64,000 nucleotides of DNA, taken from contig OZ252242.1 in assembly GCA_965249595.1 (NCBI GenBank), forward strand, positions 197,433 to 261,432, in the 5' to 3' direction. How positions within the stretch are numbered: the first letter of the stretch is position 1; every line of letters begins with the position of its first letter. Source of the stretch: Chloroflexota bacterium. Its GTDB lineage: Bacteria; Chloroflexota; UBA11872; VXNJ01. Below, one piece after another: positions 40,522 to 48,868 of this stretch. A model generated the notes under the pieces. The model made no database searches and had not been told where the DNA came from. It saw nothing but the letters and a program-made list of their open reading frames with translations. A program made the translations under genes and the position numbers.

Positions 40522-41573
40522 GGGTTAGACCCTCTCTGGCCAATAAATCTTGCCACATTTTGCAGGTGCTCTTCGTAGGTCGCGGCAAATGCGTGGGAGC
40601 CATCGCCACGGGCGACAAAGAAAAGGTAATCGGTAAGGGCCGGTTCTAAAACGGCACGAATTGAGGCCGCTCCGGGGCTGGCGATGGGGCCCGGCGGCAG
40701 CCCGCCATGAACGTACGTGTTGTAGGACGAGTCAAATTCCAAATCAGCCGATGTGAGATCGGCCTTCCACCAATTTCCGCCGGCAACATCGGCGACCGCG
40801 TACTGAACCGTCGGGTCGGCTTGAAGCAGAAATCCTTGGTCGAGACGATTGAGATAAACGCTGGCGATAAGCGGGCGCTCCTCGTCTAAGACGGCTTCGC
40901 GCTCGATGATCGACGCCAAAGTGACGACCTGGTGATCGCTCAGTCCCAAGGCGGCGGCGGCCTGCCGCTGCTGTGGGCCATATATCTCACCAAATCGATC
41001 CAGCATGGCGTCGACAAACTCACGGGTCGTTGTCTGGACGCCGACAAAGTAGGTGTCGGGAAACAGATATCCCTCAAGATTCGCGCCGCTGGTTGGATCG
41101 GGCAAGAAATCATGCGGAAATTCACTCAGGTCAAGATCGACCAATTCGAGAAATTCATCACTGAAAAAGACCCCGGTGGATTCAAGCTGGTCGGCCACCT
41201 GTTCGGCCCGCCACCCTTCGATTACGGTGACCACCCGGTCGGCGACCTGCCCTCCCTGCAGTTCATCGATGATCTCGTCCATCGACATGCTCGACCGCAA
41301 GAGATACTGGCCCGGTTGCAGCGAATTGATCAATCCGCGGCGCTCCAGGGCCAGCCGAAATATCAGATCAGAAAGGATTAGCCCTTCCTCTTGCAGATCG
41401 GCCCCGATTTCCGCTGCGCCGGACCCTGACTCCACGGTAAAGAGCACCGAATAATCCGAACTTTCGTCCGGCGGGCGGGCCAGGATGCTGACCGCCGAAT
41501 AGACCAAATAGACGACTAAGACCAAACTGACCAGCGCCAGGATCAGGATTTGGGCAGATCGCAACAGACCCAT
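40518..41573 (-). CDS. mltG: Endolytic transglycosylase MltG
   Basis: N-terminal TM, LEGYLFPDTY, LASIIERE, LQADPTVQY, GLPPGPI and YLFFVA. Confidence 0.96.
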   Translation of the reverse strand: MGLLRSAQILILALVSLVLVVYLVYSAVSILARPPDESSDYSVLFTVESGSGAAEIGADLQEEGLILSDLIFRLALERRGLINSLQPGQYLLRSSMSMDEIIDELQGGQVADRVVTVIEGWRAEQVADQLESTGVFFSDEFLELVDLDLSEFPHDFLPDPTSGANLEGYLFPDTYFVGVQTTTREFVDAMLDRFGEIYGPQQRQAAAALGLSDHQVVTLASIIEREAVLDEERPLIASVYLNRLDQGFLLQADPTVQYAVADVAGGNWWKADLTSADLEFDSSYNTYVHGGLPPGPIASPGAASIRAVLEPALTDYLFFVARGDGSHAFAATYEEHLQNVARFIGQRGSNP

Positions 41574-41575
41574 CT

Positions 41576-41977
41576 TTAGCCTTCCGGCCGCTGGCTGCTC
41601 AGGAAGTGTTCGAGCAGGACTACGGCCGCGATCGCATCATCGGCTTTGGGTCCGTGGCGATATTTGGCCTCCGCAGTGGTAAAGCTCTCGTTGACATATT
41701 CGACCGGTTCTTTGCGCCCCAAGAGCAGCTGCTGGGCCATAGCCCGGATGCGCGCTGAAGAATCGGTGACGCCGTCGTTCCGATCGAGTGGCAATCCAAC
41801 TAGCAACAGATCGGCTCTTTGATCGTCGAGCACTTCGGCCAATTCGGCCCGACCGCCCGAACGCGTCCGGCGATCGATTACCGTTTGCGGGGTGATAAGC
41901 GTGCCGGTCGGGTCACACCGCGCGACACCGATGCGGCGGCCCGATATGTCCAGGGCCACGATCACGCCGTAACTCAA
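41576..41977 (-). CDS. ruvX: YqgF/RuvX family nuclease
   Basis: ALD....RIGVA.CD, VGLP, ESFTT and DAIAA..LL. Confidence 0.9.
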   Translation of the reverse strand: MSYGVIVALDISGRRIGVARCDPTGTLITPQTVIDRRTRSGGRAELAEVLDDQRADLLLVGLPLDRNDGVTDSSARIRAMAQQLLLGRKEPVEYVNESFTTAEAKYRHGPKADDAIAAVVLLEHFLSSQRPEG

Positions 41978-43698
41978 GCCAGCCTGACCACATTTACCGC
42001 AATGCGGGCGGGTAAAAGAGTTATCGAATCGCCAAATGGCGACCAGATACGCAACTGCGAATCAGCCACCCCAGGTAGCGAATCCACAAAGGCGGCGGCA
42101 ACTGAAGTTGGTTGGCCGGCGATCTGTCGACGGATCAAATCGGGTTCGATCAGGTTCTCCAACTCTCCTTGGGCCTGATATGAAATTGTCACCGTATTGC
42201 CCAAGGTCGCCGACAGGTTGGGCTCACTAACGGTCAGCGAACCAGGCAGCAGCCGGTACTGGGCCGGGCCATCGCTCCAATCCTCGAGTGAGGCGACGGC
42301 GAGACGTTCTAAGTCAGCACGGTCAAAGGCGGTGGCATTAATGCTCAATTCGACACCATAGGTAAAGGTGACGACCCCGTCATCACCCAGTTGCGACGAG
42401 TAAACGGAAGTAAATTCGGGGCGCAGCTGCGATCCCGGCAACACCTGCGCGTATTCGCCGCCGGTCAGCTGAGCTCGGAGCTGGTCCTGGGCCTGGGTCC
42501 GCAACCGGGCGGTCAATTCATCGAGCGCAGTGAGACGATCGTTCGCGGTTACGAACGCGCTACTGGTATCGGCGCCGCCGGTAAGCGGCTCGGGCTGGGA
42601 CACTTCAATCAGCCCTCCAAAGGATCCGGCCGCCGTCGCTATGGCACCGCTCGCCAGGTTGGAGTCGGCGCCGGCGATCTCGGCCTCGATGGTTACCCGC
42701 ATCCCGCCAACGGAGCGAATTGCCACCACCGGTGGCAGATCGCTGGCGCCATAGGGATAGTTTTCCAAAATCTCAATTCCGTCCAAAGCTTCGGCCAGCG
42801 CCTGCGCTGACTCTGCTTGATCGTCTTCGGGCGTCGGGTCGTCTTGGGGCGGCGTCGGGTCGTCTTCGGGCGTCGGGTCGTCTTGCGGCGGCGAAATCGG
42901 ATCAACGGTCGGAAGCACTAAATCTTGCAGTTGGGCCTGCGGCGGCAGGGCGAGGGCTGCGGCAGTTAGAAAACGCCTTCCGTCGGCGGTCACCAGGACC
43001 GTGCCCTGTGGGACGGTAAGAATCGCGCTGGTCAGATTGGTGAGCAACACTGCCCCGCTGGCGCGTGATGATTCGATAACCCGGGCCCCGGTACCGCTTC
43101 GGCTAATCCGGCCGCTGGCGGTTCCGCTGATCACCCGGCCGGGCAACAGGCGCTGGCGCGGGCTCACATCGGCAAAGCTGGGGTTGGCGTAAGCGGTCAA
43201 ATGAACTTGCTGGACCCATCGTGTCGGTACTATATCGACCTGTGCGCTGGGATAGAGGACCAGCAGCCAGAGCGCCAGAGTGCCCAGCAGGATTCCCGTG
43301 AGCAATAGCGGACCGCCCAGCCACAACCCCAGCGATCTTCGGCCGTCGGGCACGCCGGCGAGATTCATCAGCATCAGGGTGCGCCGGATCGGCGCGATAA
43401 GTCCGGATGGACGGGACTGGTCGATCCGGGCATTTATTCCCTCCCGGCGGGCTAACTCGACCACCTCTCGATCCGGACTTTCAAGCACCAGATCCCAGCC
43501 AGATTTGCCGCTGGCAGCGGCCAATCGCATAATCCCCACGCTCTCGGCCAGCGGCGCGCCCCACCGTCCAACAACCACCGTCAGCGATTCCCCGGTGGCG
43601 GCCCGCGCCGCCACCCTCGCTAGGGCCGCAGCAGTGGATTCTTGCGCGGAAATTGAGAGGCGTAGGCGGCCCGCGCGGCCCGCAGCGGAGAGTTTCAT
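41974..43698 (-). CDS. Membrane-anchored baseplate J/gp47-like domain protein
   Basis: N-terminal ~110-aa domain, one TM, then ASG.V...N....VPQGT.L.T.DG.RF.T, V.IEA...G...N...G.I and V....P.TGG.D. Confidence 0.7.
   Translation of the reverse strand: MKLSAAGRAGRLRLSISAQESTAAALARVAARAATGESLTVVVGRWGAPLAESVGIMRLAAASGKSGWDLVLESPDREVVELARREGINARIDQSRPSGLIAPIRRTLMLMNLAGVPDGRRSLGLWLGGPLLLTGILLGTLALWLLVLYPSAQVDIVPTRWVQQVHLTAYANPSFADVSPRQRLLPGRVISGTASGRISRSGTGARVIESSRASGAVLLTNLTSAILTVPQGTVLVTADGRRFLTAAALALPPQAQLQDLVLPTVDPISPPQDDPTPEDDPTPPQDDPTPEDDQAESAQALAEALDGIEILENYPYGASDLPPVVAIRSVGGMRVTIEAEIAGADSNLASGAIATAAGSFGGLIEVSQPEPLTGGADTSSAFVTANDRLTALDELTARLRTQAQDQLRAQLTGGEYAQVLPGSQLRPEFTSVYSSQLGDDGVVTFTYGVELSINATAFDRADLERLAVASLEDWSDGPAQYRLLPGSLTVSEPNLSATLGNTVTISYQAQGELENLIEPDLIRRQIAGQPTSVAAAFVDSLPGVADSQLRIWSPFGDSITLLPARIAVNVVRLA
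42821..42893. repeat. 39-bp tandem repeat (about 1.9 copies) encoding PPQDDPTPEDDPTPPQDDPTPEDD
   Basis: TCGTCTTCGGGCGTCGGGTCGTCTTG(G/C)GGCGGCG at 42821 and 42860. Confidence 0.85.
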
Positions 43699-43712
43699 TC
43701 CCGCTGCTACGG

Positions 43713-46349
43713 TCAGTCGTCTCTCTCGTGGAGCTGTCCGACGAGAACCTCTCGCCCGGCACTGAGAGCCCTCGACAAGGATTCGGCGTCGCCGCCGCCG
43801 CCGCTGGCCCGATCCGCTCGGCCGCCGCCGCCGCCGCCGAGGACGGCTGAAGCGCTACGTACCACGGCCGCTGAATCGGCCCCCCGGGCAACCGCCAACG
43901 AAGACGCGGTCGCCAGAACCTGCGGCCTACCGTCAATTACCGATCCCAACAAGAAGGCGTGGTCCAGACCCAATCGAGCGGACAGACTGGCCGAGATCTG
44001 CTGCAGCGTCTCCGAATCATCGGCATCGACCCTTTTGACCAGCAATTCCAGGCCCCGGCAGTCGACGGCCTCGGCGGCCAATTCACGCGCAACAGCAGCG
44101 GCGATTTGGGATTTCAGGCGCGTCAGCTCGCGTTGGTTGGCATTTCGTTCTTCCATCAATTGCTTAACGCGCCCCGGCGCGTCGCCAGGGCTGGCCCCGA
44201 GCAGGTGGGCAACCGCCTCAAGATCGGCGCTGGCCTGACGAGCCGTCGTCGCGGCGCTGCTACCGGTAACCGCCTCAATGCGGCGCACGCCGGAGCCGAT
44301 GCTCTGGTGGCCGGTGATGAGGAAGAGGCCTACCTGGGCCGTATTGGCCACATGCGTACCCCCACAAAGTTCGAGTGACTGCTCACCGATCCGGACCATT
44401 CGCACCCGCTCGCCGTATTTTTCGCCAAACAGCGCTATGGCGCCCTGCTCGATCGCCGCTTCCACTTCGGTCAAATCGGTTTCCACCGGCAATGCCGATA
44501 GCACCGCCGCGTTTACCGCCGCCTCGATTTCGGCCAATCGCGGTCCATCAATTGGATCTGAGTAGTTAAAGTCAAACCGCAAGTGATCGGGGGCCACCAG
44601 CGATCCGGCCTGCCGGGCATGGTCACTTAGCGACTCGCGCAATGCGGCGTGCAGAAGATGGGTTGCGGTGTGATTGCGACAGATCGCCGCCCGTCGCCCA
44701 GCGTCGATTGATGCGGCGACTCTGGTACCGCTGGAGAGGCTGCCTTTGGCAATTTCGGCCCGATGGAATATCGTTCCTTCATCGTTCTTTTGGGCGTCGG
44801 TCACGGTGGCCTCGCCACCGTCCCAGGAAATCGTCCCAGCATCGCCCAGTTGGCCGCCGGCCTCGCCATAGAACGGAGTCTGATCGAGTACGATTTGCAG
44901 TTGCTCTCCCTCACTGGCGCTGTCCCTGCTCTCGCCATCGACATACAGCGCAATAACGGTCGCCGAATCGGAGGCGATCCCGTCATAGCCAGCGAAAACA
45001 CTCGGGTCAAGCCCGCCGGGCAGTTGAGCGGCGGTGCGGGTCCCGCGCCGCGATCGTTCCTGCTGGGCGGCCATGGCCTCGGCGTAGCCCTGTTCGTCGA
45101 CGGAAAGTTGACGGGCGGCGGCGGCCAAACGCAGGTGTTCGATGGGCAATCCCAACGTGTCGTGCAGGTGAAAGGCCAATTCGCCGCTTATGACCTTTTC
45201 CACTCCTTGCCCGGTAATTTCATCATCGAGGATGGAAATCGCCCGCCGCATTGTTCCACCGAATCGATCCTCCTCCTCGGCCACCACGGCCAGGATTTGG
45301 TCCGAGCGATTGGCCACCTCCGGATAGGCTCCTGCTACCGCCTCTATGGCGGCCTGGCAGACGTCTTCCATCAACGGCCCGTCCACCCCCATCTGGCGCG
45401 CCGTACCGACCGCCCGCCGGAGCAATCGGCGCAGGATGAAACCACGACCGGTGTTGGAAGGCAGCACGCCATCGGCAATTAGGAAAGGTAGGGCGCGCCC
45501 GTGTTCGGCTACCGTACGCAGGGCTCGAACATGATCCCGGTTGCCCATATCGGGCTTAAGCGCTGCTGCGGCGGCGGCCACGATATCGCGGTACAGATCG
45601 GTTTCATACACCGACGCGCAGTCCTGCATGAGCACCACCCAGCGCTCGAATCCGGCGCCGGTGTCGACGCCGTTGGTGGGCAATTCACTGAGACTGCCGT
45701 CCGGGCCCTGTTCGAATTGATTAAAGACCAAATTCCAAAGCTCAATGAATCGGTCGTCGCCGCTGGCCGTACCGGTCTCTGGTTGGCCAGGTTCCGGGGG
45801 ACGCAAACGGTAGTGGATTTCGCTGTCCGGCCCACACGGCCCCGACTGGCCGGTCGGGCCCCAAAAGTTGTCGACCCGTCCATGGAATTCGATTCGCTCA
45901 GCCGGTATCCCGATCTCATCGTGCCAGATTCGAAATGACTCCATATCGCGCGGCAGATTGCCTTCGCCGGCAAAGCAGGTGATCCAGATCTCATCTGGAT
46001 CGAGCCCAACTTTGGAAGTTAATAACTCATAGGCCCAGGTGATCGCCTCGCGTTTGAAGTAATCGCCGAAAGTGAAATTGCCCAGCATCTCAAACAGCGT
46101 GAGGTGCGAGGCATCGCCAACCGATTCGATATCCGAAGTCCGGAAGCACTTTTGCGCGGTCGCAATTCGCGGATGAGGGGAAGTCGTCGATCCGGAATAG
46201 TAGGGTTTAAATTGCTGCATTCCAGCCGACGTGAAAAGCACGCTCGGATCGTTTTGGGGCACCAGTGATGAACTGGGCAGGACCAGGTGATCGCGGGCCG
46301 CGAAGAAATCTAGGAATATGCGGCGAACCGTATCGGCCGGAAATGTCAA
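43713..46349 (-). CDS. alaS: Alanine-tRNA ligase
   Basis: FTSAGMQQFK, FEMLGNF, GPCGP.SEI, ELWNLVF, TPFY.E.GGQ, NHTATHLL and ELCGGTH. Confidence 0.99.
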   Translation of the reverse strand: MTFPADTVRRIFLDFFAARDHLVLPSSSLVPQNDPSVLFTSAGMQQFKPYYSGSTTSPHPRIATAQKCFRTSDIESVGDASHLTLFEMLGNFTFGDYFKREAITWAYELLTSKVGLDPDEIWITCFAGEGNLPRDMESFRIWHDEIGIPAERIEFHGRVDNFWGPTGQSGPCGPDSEIHYRLRPPEPGQPETGTASGDDRFIELWNLVFNQFEQGPDGSLSELPTNGVDTGAGFERWVVLMQDCASVYETDLYRDIVAAAAAALKPDMGNRDHVRALRTVAEHGRALPFLIADGVLPSNTGRGFILRRLLRRAVGTARQMGVDGPLMEDVCQAAIEAVAGAYPEVANRSDQILAVVAEEEDRFGGTMRRAISILDDEITGQGVEKVISGELAFHLHDTLGLPIEHLRLAAAARQLSVDEQGYAEAMAAQQERSRRGTRTAAQLPGGLDPSVFAGYDGIASDSATVIALYVDGESRDSASEGEQLQIVLDQTPFYGEAGGQLGDAGTISWDGGEATVTDAQKNDEGTIFHRAEIAKGSLSSGTRVAASIDAGRRAAICRNHTATHLLHAALRESLSDHARQAGSLVAPDHLRFDFNYSDPIDGPRLAEIEAAVNAAVLSALPVETDLTEVEAAIEQGAIALFGEKYGERVRMVRIGEQSLELCGGTHVANTAQVGLFLITGHQSIGSGVRRIEAVTGSSAATTARQASADLEAVAHLLGASPGDAPGRVKQLMEERNANQRELTRLKSQIAAAVARELAAEAVDCRGLELLVKRVDADDSETLQQISASLSARLGLDHAFLLGSVIDGRPQVLATASSLAVARGADSAAVVRSASAVLGGGGGGRADRASGGGGDAESLSRALSAGREVLVGQLHERDD

Positions 46350-46444
46350 TTTAATTGGTTGCCTGGCAGCTCAATGAAGGCTTGAAGTGTTGGCGGCCAC
46401 GCAAAAAATTATGCTGTGGCGCCGGGTGCCGGCCGCCGGAACGA

Positions 46445-46555
46445 TTAGCGCGGGCGTGCCTGCGCCACAAATTTGGCGCCCGCTTCGTCACGCAGAATTC
46501 GATAAGCGGCGCCGACTATTAACGCCAATGCAAGCGAGAGGAGGAATTTACTCAT
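46445..46555 (-). CDS. Small 36-aa single-TM protein (MSKFLLSLALALIVGAAYRILRDEAGAKFVAQARPR)
   Basis: ATG at 46555 to TAA at 46445; hydrophobic N-terminus; lies just downstream of a good promoter. Confidence 0.5.
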   Translation of the reverse strand: MSKFLLSLALALIVGAAYRILRDEAGAKFVAQARPR

Positions 46556-46608
46556 AGCGCCACTGTTCCAAGCGGTGAGCTTTGGCAGTTGTCTGCCTTT
46601 GGACCGCA

Positions 46609-46638
46609 ATTATAGAAATGCCCCAAATTTTTTAGCAA
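46609..46638 (-). promoter_or_regulatory. Putative sigma70 promoter for the small ORF / alaS operon
   Basis: TTGCTA-N18-TATAAT on the minus strand with an A-tract spacer. Confidence 0.55.
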
Positions 46639-46646
46639 CGTTGACG

Positions 46647-46922
46647 TTAGGCCATTACCAAGTGCAAAAGGATTAGCACCACGACAGCCCCGGCCAGCGC
46701 CGATAAGGCCTGCACGTCTCCCAATTGCAACGCGTTAACGCCCAATGTGTCGCCGGCCCAATCGCCCGCAAAGAAGCCGATCAAGCCAGCTGGGGCATAC
46801 AGTATCAATGGCCGGTCGCGGTGGCCAAATAGGGCATAGAAGAGCAATGAAACTATCAGGGCAAGTGTTGTCGCCAGAAAAATCCAAGGCGGGATTTCTA
46901 CCAGCAGATCAAAGGCTTGCAA
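46647..46922 (-). CDS. Small integral membrane protein (about 3 TM)
   Basis: 91 aa, highly hydrophobic, G.IGF..G motif. Confidence 0.65.
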   Translation of the reverse strand: MQAFDLLVEIPPWIFLATTLALIVSLLFYALFGHRDRPLILYAPAGLIGFFAGDWAGDTLGVNALQLGDVQALSALAGAVVVLILLHLVMA

Positions 46923-47002
46923 GCTGCTATCACTCCTATGCGGCCTGACATAAACTGACGGGTCCTGCCACCAAGCAGCCGCGAGTAAACGATAACGGGA
47001 AA

Positions 47003-48019
47003 ATGGAAAGTTACCGCCAACAATGGAACTCCTTGAATCCGATGGCTGACCGGCCCAAAACAGAGTCCATCCAGGGCAATGATCTAATCGATATCGCCAA
47101 TATCAATGCCCCGCAGTTGAAAATGCTGCTCGATGGTGCCGATCTGCTCAAACGGGCATTGAGCGGCGGCGTTCCCCACCGCCTGCTTGAATCCAGGTCG
47201 CTGGCGATGATTTTTGAAAAACCATCCCTGCGGACCCGTACCACCTTCCAAGTCGGCATGGCGCACTTGGGCGGGGTGACCATCGACTTGGGTCAAGAGC
47301 ACATGCAGATGGGCGTGCGGGAGACCATTAGTGACGTTGGGCACAATCTAGAGCGCTGGGTAGATGCAATCATGGCCCGCGTTTTTGATCACCAAACGCT
47401 AACCATATTGGCCGCCAGTTGCAGTGTCCCCATAATCAACGGACTCTCCGACCATTCCCATCCTTGCCAGGTGTTGGCCGATCTACAAACGATGCGTGAA
47501 TACTTTGGACAACTCGACGGATTGCCGGTCGCCTACGTCGGTGACGGTTTCAACATGGCAATTTCCCTGGTGCAGGCTGCTCCGTTGGCGGGCCTGGATC
47601 TTCGCTTGGCCTGCCCCGTCGGATATCAGCCGGCGGAAGCCGAGGTGGCCACGGCCCGATCGGCCGGAGGCAACATCTTAGTGACCGATTCGGTGGCCGA
47701 GGCGGTGGCCGGCAGCCGGGTCGTGTACACCGATTCCTGGATTTCGATGGGATTGGAGGCGGAATCATCGGCTCGCCGCGCCGCCTTCGCCTCATACCAG
47801 GTTGATGACAAGGTGATGAGCATGGCCGCCCCCGATGCGATATTTATGCACTGCCTGCCTGCCCACCGCGGCGAAGAGGTCACAAATTCGGTCCTTGACG
47901 GCAGCCAGTCGGTGGTCTTTAATCAGGCTGAGAATCGGCTGCACGCCCAAAAGTCGCTTTTGGTGCATTTGGTGCGTGGCGGCCAGGCCCTAACTGGGTT
48001 AGATGTCTTTACGCGATAG
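47003..48019 (+). CDS. argF: Ornithine carbamoyltransferase
   Basis: FEKPSLRTR, HPCQ, YTD.WISMG, MHCLPAHRG and QAENRLH; alternative start at 47042. Confidence 0.96.
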   Translation: MESYRQQWNSLNPMADRPKTESIQGNDLIDIANINAPQLKMLLDGADLLKRALSGGVPHRLLESRSLAMIFEKPSLRTRTTFQVGMAHLGGVTIDLGQEHMQMGVRETISDVGHNLERWVDAIMARVFDHQTLTILAASCSVPIINGLSDHSHPCQVLADLQTMREYFGQLDGLPVAYVGDGFNMAISLVQAAPLAGLDLRLACPVGYQPAEAEVATARSAGGNILVTDSVAEAVAGSRVVYTDSWISMGLEAESSARRAAFASYQVDDKVMSMAAPDAIFMHCLPAHRGEEVTNSVLDGSQSVVFNQAENRLHAQKSLLVHLVRGGQALTGLDVFTR

Positions 48020-48037
48020 AGAGGGCCCGCCTCTGCC

Positions 48038-48868
48038 ATGACCGAGCAGGTGACATATCTGGCGGGGCAATTTTCACCCTTTGCCGTACTCCAAATTGTC
48101 ATCGTAACGCTGGTCGTGTACACCGGTTTGCTGGTCTTTCAAAACACCCTGGCCGATATATTGCTGCGCGGTGTGATGGTCTTGGTGCTGTTGGTATTCG
48201 TGTTGGGATTCTTCTTCCAGCTCCCGTTGGCGGGCTGGATCGCCGACGCCGCACCTTCGCTGTTCCTGGTGGTGGCGGTCGTTTTCGCGCCCGAGATTCG
48301 ACGGGTATTGGAACGCCTGGGACGCTCAAGCACAACGCTCGGGATGGCTTGGAGCAGCACGGGCTGGGAGGATGAAGAAACGATCGACGCCATTGCCCGG
48401 GCGGCTTCGGACCTCTCACGGCGATCTTGGGGGGCACTCATGGTGATCGAGCGTGACGTCGGCCTGGCCGACTTTGCCAGCGCCGGAACACTCATCAACG
48501 GGCGAGTTTCGCCCGCCCTGCTGCTGACCATATTTTTCCCCAGCTCAGAGTTGCACGACTTGGCAGTAATCATTCGCCGTCACACCATAATCTCGGCTGG
48601 CTCAATGCTGCCGATGACCTCTGAGAGCGTGCCCCGTCACCTGGGTTCGCGTCACTGTGCGGCATTGGGCATAACCGAACAGACTGACGCCGTATCGGTC
48701 GTGGTGTCGGAGGAGACCGGCGGAATCTCCCTAGCAGTTGATGGACGTCTAGCTGAACACTTAACCGAAGAGCAATTGCGGCGGCGGCTCCAGGCGATCC
48801 TGACCCCTGGCCGCAGCGCCCGGCGTCGCGGTTGGCTGCGTCTTCCGCACAGGGCGGCCCGGTATTAG
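48038..48868 (+). CDS. dacA: Membrane diadenylate cyclase CdaA/DacA with variant motifs
   Basis: 3 TM, F.PEIRR.LE.LG, GAL.VIER, LHDLAV, GSRHCAA and VVSEETG.IS. Confidence 0.88.
   Translation: MTEQVTYLAGQFSPFAVLQIVIVTLVVYTGLLVFQNTLADILLRGVMVLVLLVFVLGFFFQLPLAGWIADAAPSLFLVVAVVFAPEIRRVLERLGRSSTTLGMAWSSTGWEDEETIDAIARAASDLSRRSWGALMVIERDVGLADFASAGTLINGRVSPALLLTIFFPSSELHDLAVIIRRHTIISAGSMLPMTSESVPRHLGSRHCAALGITEQTDAVSVVVSEETGGISLAVDGRLAEHLTEEQLRRRLQAILTPGRSARRRGWLRLPHRAARY

Noticed and set aside
42821-42893. CRISPR array
   Set aside because: In-frame coding tandem repeat without spacers; no cas genes in the window
41974-43698. Prophage, T6SS or contractile injection system
   Set aside because: No other structural, lysis or integrase genes; the flanks are core housekeeping genes
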